64,000 nucleotides of DNA from Tubiluchus corallicola (lineage: Eukaryota > Animalia > Priapulida), in contig JAQGDQ010000710.1 of NCBI GenBank assembly GCA_030141605.1, positions 1-64,000 of the forward strand, read 5' to 3'. The notes beneath the pieces are model-generated. The model saw nothing but the letters and a program-made list of their open reading frames with translations, searched no databases and was not told the origin of the DNA. The position numbers and the translations under genes were made by a program. Shown one piece after another: positions 13,101 to 27,440 of this stretch; positions within the stretch are counted from its first letter, which is position 1; each line of letters starts with the position of its first letter.

Positions 13101-16100
13101 AGCACAAGAAAATCTGATGAACAAAATCACAATCACACAAGCTTTACAACAGCGACTTAAGGAGTCCCACAAGTTATTACATTAAAAGTTTTGATCATCT
13201 AAAACTTTATAAAATTTCAACTAATGAGCAGAAAAAGACACTTGGCTAAGAATTTGTAAATCAACCATACAGATACTTTATAAATCTAGTGGTGCTTCAA
13301 TATTATATTATTGTGACAAGTTCTCAAATGATCCTTGTGCAAAATGCTTTAACAGGGCAGTCCGCCATTTACCTTGGTGCTAATATGTTTAGGTTATCAT
13401 TATCAATCATGTCAAATATTCTTCATATTAATGATACTCCAATTTCAGGAGTTTTTCTACACTAGCCTACATTAATGTGACTAATTAGTATACAGTTACC
13501 AGTGATGAACGATTAATAGATTAATCGAAATAATCCAGATTACAAGCATGTATAAATCAATATAATTGGCTATTGAACAGTAATTCAATTAATCAAGAAT
13601 AATTGAGAGCAAATATACATGTTGCACTCTGACTAAAAGGCAGAGTTTTAGTATAAATAAACGAAATTCTGGCATTGTTCTTCGTTTTTCTTACCTTACA
13701 CAATGCACACAGTTGCACTGTTGCAAACTGAGGGCTTCAAATTCGTTTTCATGTGACGTGTGTAATGACGTAATAATAAAGTAGTTAATGAATGTGCATT
13801 TCTAAAAAAAATAGTTTGTGAGTACAAAATGTCAGACAGTGACGAAAGCTGTGGAGAAGTTTATAGGCTATATTTCAGTACTCTAGTGTTTGAAAAATGT
13901 GGCTAAAACACAAAAAATTGCCACAAAAATTAACTTGTAATCGAATTACATAATATCAAAATCGCTCTTCACTAACAATTGCTATAGAGTTTTCTTTCAT
14001 CTCAGCTATTCTTATGCACAATTAGATGCAGTTTAGTAATCATAAACTAATAAAGCTGATCACTTAGGACTAGCACTTATATTGCTATTTTGCAAGACAC
14101 ATTGTTTAAACAAAAAACAATTTTGAATTGTATTTTAGGGCGTTGAAAACAATACACTGTGTAGGGCAATGTTTCTGTGTATCTGTTATGCGGCTAATAT
14201 TGGTGGCACAGCAACTCTGACTGGTACTCCTCCAAATTTAGTTCTTTCTGGACAGGTCGAAAGGTAACACCACTTACACAGTCTTTTCTGCTCTAAAACT
14301 CTCACCTGGTTAATGTAAAAAAAGATATGTTCACCTTATGTCTGTTTTGTCAGATATTTTTTTCACTTCAGTAAATTATTATTAAGTGTCAGTACAACAT
14401 GTTACTTGGTGTTCATTAACATGCATGATTCTTGCTTGCCGTCATATATAGTTTACGTGTTTTTCAGCTTGTACGGTGTGGAGATTTCATTCACTGATTG
14501 GCTATGGTTTGCTCTACCGAATGCTCTGATATGTGTGTTAGTAGCTTGGGTATGGTTACAATTCTATTTCCTCGGATATAGGTATGTAGCATTTCATTTT
14601 TCAATGCCTGTGGAATTTAATAACTTTTGCACCGTGATAAAAATTTTACACTTGTCTTTATATTTAATAAACATTTAAGCATTATTCTAACTCATAAATG
14701 ATAAGAAGACATTGCACTCAAAAGTTACCCGAATTTTGATATGCTATATTTATTTTCTTTAGGTGACGTTTGCTTTCTAACAGTGATTACATAATATGAA
14801 TTTAAATAATTTGTTCAATATGAACACTTGTGGTAGTTATTGAAACAATTTAATGAGTATCAGACAGGATGTCCATTAAGCAACTAATAGTAATTGTGCA
14901 ATTTATTGTTTCCGCTATCGTTTAATCTGAAACAAATATCAGTTTTTACAAAGAGTATTCCAGAAAAAACCCAAATGTTGATTACAAAAATCAGTCTATG
15001 AATTAGTAATGACAGTTCTCATTCAGTTTAGTTCATCTAATTACTTATAATATTAATCAGTGGCGGCTTGTAGCTAAAATTAGTGAGGGTGCTGCTTCAG
15101 AAAATTTTTAGTCATTGTTTTAATACTGTGTAAAACGAAACAAACGCATGTAATTTTAATGTTGTAGTTTGTAATTGTAAATCTAAACAAACAAACATAC
15201 AAAAATTTATACATAAAATCCTAAACAAAAAATGTTTTTTGCTTACGAAGCGCCTAAATCGATGCAATTCAAGAATATACCGGTACACCATTTTTAAGCA
15301 CATGACAACTGACAACACACATTGCGTGAGCAACAGTGCTCTACTCTACCTACTCTACTCTACTGTCTAGTGTCTTATCTCAGACTTGTGCACATGCGGT
15401 TCCAGCACCACGTTGCTGGACCTGTGAAGTGTACAGTTCCATCACGTGCTCTGGTTCCGTACAAGTATGAAGAAAGAATTAAAGAAAAAGACCCATTATG
15501 TTGAATATTATCGACAATATCGAGTGAAAATGGGGGTGCAGCAGTTCCATAGTGCCTCAACACGAGCCCACCACTAATATTAATACAAATAGTTATACAA
15601 AAAAATTTATTATTAATGGTAAATAAACTACTATAGTACTCACATCATGACTTTTTTTATGCACTTAACAAGTTTCACTAAATTTCACATTTGCACAACT
15701 GTTTACATGTCAAACATGCTCATTCTAAAAACGACCACATGACTGACAGCCATTTATCTTCTGTACTAACAGAAGTCAGGTGCCTTATATGCTTGTCTTG
15801 CACATTCTTCTGTAACTAATGTAAAATTACAACATACTAAATAACAACCTCTTATTTTTTTCTTACAGATTGTTCCACCAACCCTGACCCTCCTCCACTT
15901 TTTACCTTCCTCCTGTTGCCCCACAGCCTAACAGCTTCTCTGTTACTTGCATTATAATCTCACTTGCCGTGCTTCTTCTCTTTGACACAGGCACCAATTT
16001 ACGTGACATTGTGAAATATAATTATTTATAATGTTATTATGGTTTCAAACATCCAATAAATGTGATAAAAATGAAGAAAATTGTTTTAGTAAAATTCAAT

Positions 16101-19100
16101 TTATATTATACTTTAGAACATTGTTTGCTTGTTGTTATAAATATGAGGCTGTGGAAGATCGAGCTGGGGAAGTCATACGTGCACAGTATAAAGCTTTGGG
16201 ACCAATGAAGTAACTATTGTATCAATTTTAATTATTTTTTTCATTTAGTTTATATCAATTCTTATGTGATAATTTAATCATGTCTTTGTTGCCTTGAAGA
16301 CTATTGTTGTGTATGTTGGAGAATTATGCATATGAAGATCTCGCTTTCTTCTATACAACAAAGTATGCAATTATTATCTGACTGTACCACACTACCAAAG
16401 TAAAAAAATGATTCTCTTCTACAAGCTTTTCAAGTTAAATGAAGAAATTTGAAATGCTAAAAACTATCATTGAAACTGAAACTAATCACAACTTTTCCTA
16501 AAATTCACAACACATGCCTTTGCGAATGGTGCAAAAAGCATGAAACATGCAAAATGTCTTGCTTAGTGAAGCAGCTGATTGGTTGCGGCTTGTGCTCAGC
16601 AACTGAAGTTGATCAATACCGTGCCTCGCAATTAAACTTCTAGGCCACTAGTATTTTTTCTACTTTCTGGGCTGATGTATAAGTGCCCTGATACTACTAA
16701 GAATACCCGTTCAAGGTTTCATTTCAGGGGATTATTTTTATAGTGAGCTAGGTTCTGGTCCCACTGCAACCATTGTATTAACTGGATCTGTCTGTTGAGT
16801 GTTTTTACCCTTCCAAAGTGCAAAATTACATAAAAAAAAGTAGCAGGTGCTGCAGCGTTGTGTTGTTGTAGTTAGAAAAGGCACTTCAGGCAAAGTTGGC
16901 TAAATGACCACACTTGCTATATGTTATCATCTCCTATTTTAACTAGAGCATTCTATTCAAATTGAAAGCAGCTGTATTTTCGTGTGCGTGTACTTGTGGT
17001 AGATTTTTTTAACAAACGAATGAAGTGTGACTTTCATCACGTTAATTTTTCATGAAATTAACTAACACGTAAAAAATCTGTTGCATAGTGCAGCTTATAT
17101 TTTCATCAATATTGTTGTTTTGTTTAGGTTTTCAGAGGGCGTTGTATTGGCAAACTTTGTGCTCTTGGTTGTTTTGTGGCTGACCCGTTTGCCATCAACA
17201 AATGTACCTGGATGGGCAAATTTATTTCAAGCAGGGTAAAGTACATACAAACTAAAAACTTTAAAACTTAATGTGCTTGAATAGTGTGTTTTGCGCTTTT
17301 CGATTCTTATGTATGGTCGTATTTTTCAGAAAACTTAGACTAAGACTTCAGCAGAAGTTGCATGTGCGATTCGTGTAGTTACTGTAATGAACTTTTTTGT
17401 CTATCATTTACCACATATTTTTCAAGGTATGATCAGAAGAACTATGGATATGTCAGGGATGGGATGGCAGCCATATTTATTGTTCTCTTGTTATTCTGTT
17501 TTCCATCTGAACGTCCTAATTTTCTCTGTTGTGCTGCAGACGATGGTAAGCTTTAATCTGTAATGAAAATGGTGGTGGTGTGGTAGTGGTAGTGGCATTA
17601 TGGTGGTGGTAGTAGTAGCAATGACGGTGACAATCAAAATGATAACCATACTGACGTTAATGACAATGCTGGCCATTGTGACAATGCTGATTATGGTGGT
17701 GATGATGATGAAGTCTGAGCTTGCCAAAAGATCTTTCTATGTTTTACTACTCCTTTACGGGTAGCCAACTGCTCGACTTTACTAACCGTCCACGTTTGAA
17801 TTAGTTAATTTTTCAAAACTAATTGTAATGCCTCTTTTCCTATTTCCTAACTAACACTTTCTCCTATTTTAAACATGTTAGTTTTAAGTTGCTGTCTATT
17901 TTAATAAATTCGTCCATAGTTGCCACCATGCTTAGTGCACATACATACATTACACACAACCTCTTAATGTACAGGCACATTGCTTGAACGTATGTTTGCG
18001 ACTTATGTGACTTGTGTCTAGGGATGTTAAACTATACAAATTTGGCAATGCGATGTGATACTTTTTTCCAACGATAACGATAAACTATTTTTAGATGATA
18101 CAAAACGATACGATAAACAATAAAAACTCTACTGAACTTAGACAATTTATGAAACAACAGAAAAGTATTGTTAATGATTAAAGTTATTAATGCTTCAGTA
18201 CGTTCAGTACTATACACTTAAATGGCTGCTGGTTATGAAACAGAAGTTTGTTTGTCATAATGACTCCTTATCGTTATTGTTAACATCCCTACTTGTGTCC
18301 AAATCATCTTGCAGCCAATCAGCCAGAATAGACTGCGGTTGTAAGTCAAGGATTACCCGTACTTCTTGGTTACAGCTGTTACAGTTTGTAAAATTTTTCT
18401 TTATCAAACTGTTCTTACTGTTCACATGTGTTTTGTTGCTTGCCTGTTTTGTGTTTACAGATACAAGCAAAAAAGGACCAAGAAAGACAGTAATTTCGTG
18501 GGACATCATCCATGAGAAGTTACCTTGGAGTGTCATTTTTCTCATGGGTGGAGGGTATGCTTTAGCTGCTGGAGTTCAGGTAATTTAAAGCTAAACAACT
18601 TTTCACTGAGTATAAATTTTCCATATAGAATAGAGTTGCCTTGTATTGTCGCCGTAACACTTTAATAAGTAGTCATAGGTGAGCCGTTCCATTACTTACG
18701 TATTTTCTAAATAGATGGCACTACTGTCATTATTTTTGTTACATTTCATGTTAAAATTGCATTTAAAATCAGGTTTGGCTTTGCAAAAAACAGAAAATTG
18801 TTGTTTCATTGTGGATAAATGAAATGTTCCAAATAATTGATTCTTACTGCATGGATCAGAACATATATATATATATATATATATATAAGTTATTTATAGT
18901 TATAGCTTAGTAATAGTTTTCTCAGACATGAAAGTTGATAGTGTCAAAGTGTAAGAATGTATTAAAACATATTATAACACTATCTTGTAGTTAAATTTTT
19001 CTGCTGTATTTTAACGTGTTTGTCTTCTAATGCCTTACTAACCATACTTGAACGAAAATGAAAATAGCATTATGTTTTATGTATTCAACTAAAAGATGAA

Positions 19101-22100
19101 TGTTTCATGGTTACTAGACTGAGATTTTCAAGTTTAATTGATTTTACTAAATTTTTGTCAAGTCTTTGTTTGATAATCCAAAAGTTTTCATCCTTTTGGC
19201 TTAATCTTTTGAAATAGTTTTTTCAAAATTTGTGTGGATCAGATAATTCACTTGAGGCCTCAGAAATTAGAAAACTAAAAAGACTAACACAGTATAGGGG
19301 TAGTTGATGCAAATTCTGCAATGGTAGCAAGTGGTAAATCTGAAAAAAAGGGCCAGAAAAAAGTTGTTTTCTTTGTTGACAAAATCAAAAGAAGGTATAG
19401 ACGTCATGCTGTCTCTATTTTTCTTTTTGTAATGCTGTCTTTATGAATTGTTGAGTCAACTAAATACGTTTTTGCTTTTTTTTGTTAATGTAGCTTCTTC
19501 AAAGTCAGAATTTTTTTCACAGGATTCAGGGCTGTCAAAAGAAATTAGCTGTTTGCTCAGTGTATTACATCCTGTTCACCCTTTCTGGATCACACTAATA
19601 TTGTGCATTGTAGTGGCAGCTTTAACAGAGTTTGCAAGCAATACAGCAACGGCTACTATTATGATACCCATAATAGCTGAGCTGGTAAGAAAAATCATTT
19701 TAGTCATTTTGCCTACATCAGTAAAACTAACAGACTCGCATGTGTGTAACTATTTCAGGGTTACAAACAGTTGACTGATTAAAGCCAAAGTTTATTCAAA
19801 GGAAAACAGCGTACAGTTTTTAACCGCACCTCAAAATAATAAAGTTATATTTGTATTATTTATCTTTTGTTCATTTATAATTAATTGTAGCAACATTTTA
19901 CAATTGCAAACAAAATCAAACTAAATATGGTTGGGAGAGCCGCACAATGGGAGACATATAGGCTAGTCAGACTGGTCAACTAAAAATACTGATAGGTATT
20001 TGATCAATGTTGTTGACTGATGAGCCAACATCGGGAAGATGTTTGACCGGGGAAGGGACAAGGATGAAGTGATAGGCTGTGGTATTCAAAAGGAGCTGAA
20101 AAGTCTGTTTTCAACAATTTGTGGTCTAGATTTACTACTTACTATGTTAGGACATAGATAATCTCCTAACACAAACATACTGCTTAAATATTTTGGTTAA
20201 TTTCGCATACATAACAACTGGTGACTGAGCAGACGAGTGAATAAGAGCTTAAGAAATATGATTCAGTGTAATTGCTGAAGGTTGTATATGTGTTTGTGAC
20301 GGCCTTGTATGTCGTGTCACGAGGCATATCATTAAGTAAAGAATAAATAAGCTAAGATAAGATATCGTTAGAAAAAATTGATTTATATTGGGCAGACATA
20401 TATTCTCTAAGTCTTGTGAAGTATCCAGAAAAATAAGTTCATCTCCTTTGGAAAGATTGAGAAAATAAGTGGGCAGAGAACTGCTGCAATACTTGAAATA
20501 TGGTCTCATTTTCCGTAATGTAAATAAATGTTCCTATTTTAAAAGCTTAAAATACAAAAAAGGCCTCTGTGTGTAATAAATATTGAGCATGAAGTACAAC
20601 TCTGATAGCTCTTTTTTTGTAATTTAAGCATTCTGTTTTTATCCCAACTCACATATAGATATATGATATAGATTGAGAAAATATTGTTTTTAAGAACAAT
20701 TCAATGTACCATGGCAGTTTAATTTCATTAGTTTTCCTTAGACATTTGGGCACTGACTCATTTGGTCACGAGTTCCTTTGGGCGCCCACGTTGCTCTGCT
20801 ACGTAACTCGATCACGCAAAAACACTGTGACATTATTTCTGTGTAGCACTGCAGATGCTGCATATAACTAAAATTGTGTTGGAACACGTGACTGTGGTAA
20901 TCCTCGTTCACTTCAGTGTTACCATGCAACTTTTAAAACATTTAAAGTTTTTGTAAGAAAACAAATGATTTTTTTTATGAATACGATCATGTAATTAAAA
21001 CTGGAAACAACTGTAACCCACTTAGCATGTTTAAAAGCACTGCTGAGTTGCTGAATGCATATATTATGTGTATCACATATTTCATGAGAAATAGGGCAAA
21101 AAAACTTGACAATTATAGTTGTTAAAATCTAGATATTGATAATCATGCTATATATTAAGTATTTGGAACATTACTGATCTGGTTGATGTCACGTGGGTAA
21201 TTAGTACAAGCAACGCATTACATCTGTTTCTTCTAAAGCACTTCAAGCTAACCTTCAATAAATACAGTATAGTTATTATACTATTAGTTGAACTGCTGCA
21301 GAAACACTACATTTTGTTGTGGGTAGACCTTTTGCTAGACACAGTTTTGTGATATTGACTGTTTTTGTGATGCATTAGATACTTTTGAACTAAATTGTCA
21401 TAATATTGGTAAATTGCTAGTTTAAACTTGCAGTGTCTTCTGCTTTGCTCATTGTATAAACATCAAAAAAGGAAAACCAGAAAGTGTAAAGTCAATTGAC
21501 AACTTTGTAATGGTTATAACACATGTTACTATATATGTTAAGTTTAGTGAACTACTCTTATAAAATATTATGTATAACATCTTATTCATACATAATTTGT
21601 TCACTTTGAGTTGAGAGATAACATATAGCAAGAGTTAGGAAGATGGTAAATCACAAAAAAATTAATAAACAAAAATAAAAAAATAGGTACAACATTCATT
21701 TTTACTGATGCCCAAATGTCACGTACCCTTTAACAGTGCCTGAAATGCATTGTGCATGAAGTATGCACTGTATCTCCTCAGCAGAATACCGCACCAGATA
21801 TTACATTAAGAAACCACATGTTAGTCTAACAATAGGCTTCATGTAAGGAAGGAAATATGAAACCCTCATGTCAAGTTTCTGCATAGAAAATTTTCTCGAG
21901 CTGTCATGCCATTGCTTAGCTACAGTTGTCAGCTTAAGTTTCTAAGCTAATATTTTATTATCAGAAACATTCCTGTTTTCCCTTAATTAGCAGTTTAACT
22001 TTTAGTGACTTATTCTGCATTTACTAAAAAGTTACACAGAGTTTTCTAGAAATTAATGAATTTTTTGTCACTTTTCACCAGGCGTCTTCACTTGGAATAC

Positions 22101-23789
22101 ATCCATATTATTTCCTGTTCCCATCTGTGATCGCTGCATCGTTTGCCTTCATGTTGCCCGTAGCAACGCCTCCAAATGCTATAGTATTTGCTTATGGCAC
22201 GTTACGGATATCTGATATGGTAAATGCGTTTCGTTATTAAATGTATTTATTAAGTATAAGTATCCTTTGAGTGCTCTTAGGCAAAATTTGGCTCATGCTT
22301 TTGTTCAGCTTTAGCATATTTTTTACCAATATTCCCAATTAGCAAGGTATTCGGCTAAAAAAAATTAAATAAAAAGGTTAAAAAGCAACTTTTTGAATTC
22401 AAGGGGATAGAATTAATTTCTAATCTCCATAGCTGTAGTGAAATGCCCGAACTAACATGTGAATGTGTTCTATATAGGCTTAGAAAGTCTATTCTTTTAG
22501 CAGGTTTTGTCGAAAACTTGCAATCAAATAAACTTAATGACCAGCAGTTCTTGGATATTATGGGTCAAATTAGTGCCCTTTATCACAGTAGCAAACTCGA
22601 AAACCATCGCAACTGCTGTTTTTTTAATGCATGCAAGCTAAGTTTTGAAAAATATTGGTAGATCGAGTGCCTGCAAACATTTCAAACGATTCATGCAAAC
22701 AAACGGTGTTTAATTATACATGCACTCCTAAACCTAATAAAGCAGTTCTAACAGTAATTTTAATGTATTTATTACGTATGAAAATCATTGCTGACTTAAG
22801 GTAATGACCAGGGCTGGATTATAACCTTTTGGGTCCCCTGGGCTAAAGAAATTATAGAAGTCCCCCTCGGAATCGCTGTCTAACTCAACCCACATCCATC
22901 TTGAATATTTTTTATTCTTGATGTATTTTGGCGCGATTTATATAGCTTGAAATGAACTTATTGCAAATTCTTTAAATTAACTAATACTCCTGTCTTTTGT
23001 GTGTCAATAAAATATTCTTTAAGAAATACCATTATTTTACTGTTTATTGCAAACCAAATTAGCACCTATTTCAACACAACTGTAGTGAAAAATGGATTTT
23101 TACTGGCTGTTACCAAAGCTTGAGGGCACCCCAATCTTGAGGGGCGCTAGGCTGCAACCTATGCAAGCCTATAGGATAATCCAGCCCTAGTGGTGACAGT
23201 GAGTGCCAAAAAAGTGCAGTTTTCATCGGTTTATTTAATTAAAATCTTATTTGAGTTCTTTGTTTTTTAACTTGCAAATTCGATGAAGCAGGAAAGTATG
23301 AAAATCAAGGTACAGTAAAATTGATATTTTTATTGTTAAATTGGTTAGATTTGCCACTATACTTACTTATATGCCATAATTAATCTGATTGTGGTTATCG
23401 ACATTGCAGCTAGGTTCCATAACTAAATAGATGTCAGATGTTCGTGCTAAATAGACTTCAGCACGTAATGTTTCACAAAGTGTTGCTTTAGTGCAAGCCA
23501 TCAAGTGGTAGTTTTTTCACTGACTTGGATACTCTTTAGTTTTATTGTGCATTTTTGTTTTGTGCTTTTGGGTAAATGATTCGGAAAATAATACACAGAT
23601 TTATTGTTTGTGATTTTTTTCTCATTTGTTGTAAACTTTTTGTATTAGGCAAAAGCTGGTGTTGCGATGAATATAGCATGCTGCATTATCGTAGCCATTG
23701 TTGCCCGTACATTCGGTTACTATGCTTTTGGTTGGCAGGATTTTCCCGATTGGGCAGTTCTTGGAGTCAGTAATACAACACAATGCTAG
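7147..23789 (+). CDS. SLC13: SLC13/DASS family Na+-dependent di/tricarboxylate cotransporter (Indy/SLC13A2/3/5-like), paralog 1, ~643 aa
   Basis: 15 exons: 7147-7257, 7884-8033, 9080-9195, 10395-10525, 11337-11499, 12075-12216, 14139-14263, 14468-14581, 16117-16209, 17128-17235, 17427-17545, 18461-18579, 19523-19684, 22082-22219, 23649-23789 (1932 nt, open frame). Hallmarks: [107 protein letters not shown]. Confidence 0.95.
7713..7862. mobile_element. Palindromic MITE family A, copy 2
   Basis: TIRs agactagagagtttt / aaaattctctagtct with the same internal motifs as 3566-3747. It ends ~21 bp before SLC13 paralog-1 exon 2. Confidence 0.6.
10819..11076. mobile_element. Tc1/mariner (pogo/Tigger-like) MITE
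   Basis: Perfect 18-bp TIRs CAGTAAGTCCTCACTTAA / TTAAGTGAGGACTTACTG flanked by TA on both sides. Confidence 0.85.
11549..11909. mobile_element. hAT-type MITE family B, copy 1
   Basis: TIRs tagggccggtttat / ataacccggcctta; imperfect 8-bp TSD ctgtcacg/ctgccact. Its sequence is the reverse complement of the copies at 22809 and 58636 (ccctcaagctttggtaaca). Confidence 0.75.
12320..12830 (-). mobile_element. Decayed CR1-clade LINE, 3' part of ORF2
   Basis: Disrupted minus-strand translation includes RPHL...[21 protein letters not shown] and [10 protein letters not shown]...LWNSLPAED, typical of the CR1 RT C-terminal region. Confidence 0.8.
13500..13974. mobile_element. hAT-type MITE
   Basis: TIRs cagtgatgaacgatt / aatcgctcttcacta, subterminal gattaatcg repeats, imperfect 8-bp TSD acagttac/acaattgc. 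Confidence 0.55.
15058..15576. mobile_element. hAT-type MITE
   Basis: Termini cagtggcggcttgt / acgagcccaccacta with an exact 8-bp TSD atattaat on both sides. Confidence 0.75.
18019..18291. mobile_element. hAT-type MITE
   Basis: Perfect 12-bp TIRs TAGGGATGTTAA / TTAACATCCCTA, exact 8-bp TSD cttgtgtc, subterminal cgata repeats. Confidence 0.85.
22809..23189. mobile_element. hAT-type MITE family B, copy 2
   Basis: TIRs cagggctggattat / ataatccagcccta; imperfect TSD gtaatgac/gtggtgac; long similarity to 58636-59451. Confidence 0.8.
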
Positions 23790-24380
23790 TAGGTAACCCT
23801 CTTGATTGTGTTTTTTGATCTCATAATCCTCTGTTTTAATATATCAAGATTGTACGACGAATTACTTTGGCATTTCATGAAAGAAGTCCAATTTTCTCAA
23901 AACGTGCAATAGCTCTGATGACCCTTATGTAGTTGCCCATAAAATTTTCTAAATTGCCCTTTGCTACTTTTGATATTCAATGCAATATTTAATTTAATCT
24001 ACTCTACCTTAAGTAACTCTAATCCTGACTAATCTTATTATTTTAAAGGTTGAAGTATCAATTCTGAAGTAGCAGAGAAAGCTATTCCATGATAAATTCC
24101 CTGCAGACATATTTGTTCTTTGGTTTTTCTGATTTCCTATATTTCCATTTTGGTAAAACTCTAAACTAGTTATGTAGTAACAGCACTGCCATTTTTTACT
24201 TTTATAATTAAACACGAAGTTTATAATTTTGACTTTCCAACCGTACGAATTGCACTGTTACATCAGACTTTGGTTATTACACTTTTTCAAACTTTGTTGT
24301 TAAAGATGTTAAATCATGTTCCGTTTTTTGTATAAAGTGCTTGTAGATGTACATTGAGATCTGTATATGTTTAACTAACT

Positions 24381-24386
24381 AATAAA
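24381..24386 (+). promoter_or_regulatory. Candidate polyadenylation signal of SLC13 paralog 1
   Basis: AATAAA ~590 nt after the stop codon, followed by a T/GT-rich tract. Confidence 0.4.
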
Positions 24387-25059
24387 ATTTTCTTGTTTTA
24401 TTTTAAGCTTTGTGAAAACTTATTAATTACTTTATAAGTTATCTGTAATTCTAATCAATTATTCTTCAAGCATTGTGATTATCAGTTGATATTGTATGTT
24501 TTATTTTATTTGCGCATAATACTTTATTCTGGTATGAAAGAACATTTGTACTTTCTTCTGTAAGCATTAATTTCATATATATTTCAGCCTTAGTTGGTTT
24601 CATAAGACAGACAGTTCAGCCTTGCTAGCACTTTATAGCCCATTTCAATTCGTTTTTACTTTTTATAAAACATTTTCAAATTTCAAAAAAATTAGAATAG
24701 ATCTAAATATTTTGGCATACTTACTAGTCCTTTAAAAAGTAATAACGGTAAGACAAAAGTTTGTCATAATGTTGTGCATTAGCACACTGTTTAGCTTTCT
24801 CATCTTTTACTAATAATTAAAAATACATGAAAATATAAAGTTAACTGAACTTTTTGCACAATGTTTTTCATTTATTGCAAGATGGTATGCATAGCTTATG
24901 ATGTAGCACATTGTTTGTAGTGTATTCATTACAGCAGGCTAGCCTTGCAGCATCACATCTCACCACACAGCCATAACATTTCATATCATACAACTACATT
25001 AAATGTAGTTATTTATTTCGCAATTATTTCATAATCCAGTTTGGAATTCTTTGCCTTAT

Positions 25060-25730
25060 AATCACTACAATAAATCTACTACTAAAAATCTTTCTGATCA
25101 TTCCAAGAAATTGGATAGCCCGCTTTACATTTTCTGCTATGTGTAAAATTGGTTTAATATGATTACTTAGTTTGACACTGAAGTCTCTTCTCTGACTTTG
25201 ACATGAAGATTGCCTTTAATTCTAAATTCTTGACATGGATTACCATAGCATTTCCTTGCATTTACGCGGATTGAACATCATTTGTCAGTCTGCTGACCAT
25301 TGAAAAAGTAATATGAGTGATTATCAGGGTACCGTTAAATTATCTATAATGCCGACTTTTCGTAACATTTTACAATAATCAGCAAAATTAGACAATTTTA
25401 CAGTGATTCCAACGTCAGTATCATTTACAAAGGTATAAGGAACAAAATAGCAAAATAGGCCCTAGTACTAACTCTTATGGGACACCAGAGATGACACTGC
25501 CATTTGCTAAACTCACATCATTTGCCATTTTTCTATTACTAAAAGTTCTTTACTTCTTGCCTTTAAGCCAATTTGCTTTCCATGTTAATAAGTCACCCTT
25601 TATACGAACTGCTTTAAGTTTATTGATTAATCTGACGTGTGGCTCTTTATCAAAAGCCTTCTAAAAATCCATGTACATGTACGTAATACGAATCGGGTTT
25701 CCTTCGTCTATAGCTGTTGTTGTGTTTTCT
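25060..25730 (-). mobile_element. Decayed CR1-like LINE reverse-transcriptase fragment
   Basis: Minus-strand remnants MDF*KAFDKEPH.RLINKLKA, WL.GKK*R, VISGVP*ELVLGP and FAD correspond to the CR1 RT motifs DFxKAFDxVPH, SGVPQGSVLGP and FADD, with stops and frameshifts. Confidence 0.75.
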
Positions 25731-27204
25731 AATGAGAATTCTAGCTTTCTGGGATCGTATTCATGTTTTTACATCGTAATTTTAGCCCCTTGAATGGCCT
25801 TAATCAGGCCTGTTTAGAGCTTGTTTAGAGCAGCTTGTACAAAAAATTGGCAATTGCAGCAGAAAAACTGCAAAAAAGCTTAGAACAACACTGAACCTAG
25901 ATCCTGCATGGTTACATGTTGTAATGTAAGGCTTTTGGAGGCAAATCAATCCCGAGCATTTTCTAATCTGTAGCTAGTAAATTAAGCAAACCGTCTATTG
26001 CTCAAGCTCTGTATTTTCTCCATAAATTTCCCTTATTAGCACTCTATACATTCTCGATGCAATCCCATACTAGTTGCACTACAACCTGTGCTTGTGCCTA
26101 CTTTTTAATTCAGTCTAGTGCAACTAAGATTTTATAAGTCGTTACATCTAAGTAAGTCAATACTTGTCCAAACAGGAGATTTTTTGGCATGGTTCAGTAA
26201 TTGACAGGAGGCTTTTTTATTTTAAGATACCCTTTGGCAAGTTTTGCCCTTCTTTTATTCTTGCGCGTTACGTTAATTCAAAATTCTGATTATAACGTAT
26301 GTGGAACAAAGTTGAGCAAATGCCGGTTTCATCGACAAGCGACTATAGTGTAGTTTGCTATTAAGTCTTGTGTGATTTTCTTCAATTTCTACTTTATTTC
26401 ACTTAGAAGCATGATGCAAAACAGAGGTATTATTTAGCTATGGCACTGTTGGACTGACACCGTTAAGCATTTGGAATTTCTGTTATTTATTTACGAAAAA
26501 ACATTTTAGACGGTATCTGGCTAAGATTTTTATTACGTCAAACGCATCAAACAATGTTCTTAGTTTATTTTATTTTAATCGTGGTTTACGCATTGTATCA
26601 TATATAATTTACTAGATGTGATTTTGATTAATTTAGTAAAGTAATCTTTAAAAGTATTGATAGTTAGGAAGAGTGAATCATTAAAAATTTGATAAAAATC
26701 GGTACAATATCATATAGTTTTATTGTTGCCCAAATATCTTTTGTCCAAGTGTCCCGTGTCGAAATGGCTGTGGTCTTTTATATGAACCTAACTAAAATTT
26801 CTGTTAGCACCAAAGATTGCATGGTACATTGTCGAAATGCATCGACTCAAAACTATCTAGATTTAAACTGTATAGCATTGACATGTGACGTGCTTAATCG
26901 TAAATAATCGCAATATTATTTCTTATAATAATCTGTAATCACATCCGTCAAATACTAATCAATTAACTGTAGGCCTGTTGATTATTGATTATCTGTTCAA
27001 AAAGAAAGCGCATTCCGAGTTTAAGCCGCGTCTTTGACGGTGTCGTATTGATCTCTTATTGAACATGATTGTTACCAAATTGATTTTAGTTTACAGTGAC
27101 ATTATAATCGATGCATTAATGGTGTTTATCTGTTGTGGTCATGTGATTTTTGTTTACACTGTTTACTGATTGATCAATAAGACTCGTTGTTTTCTATCAA
27201 GGTA

Positions 27205-27440
27205 AAGTGGAGTTTACCTATCGTCTGGAATGCGTATGCGTTTTTACCTATCGTCCGGAATGCGTATGCGTTGTGCGTTATACACCTGCGGAACACAAAA
27301 ATAATAGAAAGTAGCTACAGAAAAAATAACGCATAACGCAGGTCTGGTAAATGGATGCATTGACAATAATATAAACCTATTTCATCTATTCCGTATCCCC
27401 ATAACGCATACGCATTCCGGATGCTAGGTAAACGCCACTT
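27205..27440. mobile_element. Palindromic MITE (Harbinger-like) with tandemly duplicated left TIR segment
   Basis: aagtggagtttacctatcgtc(t/c)ggaatgcgtatgcgtt (inner part present twice) is inverted at the right end as aacgcatacgcattccggatgctaggtaaacgccactt. Confidence 0.7.

Noticed and set aside
20741-21730. ~1-kb element bounded by gacatttgggca / tgcccaaatgtc inverted motifs
   Set aside because: Only a 12-bp match with no clear TSD or complete left terminus; probably separate fragments of a foldback-type repeat.
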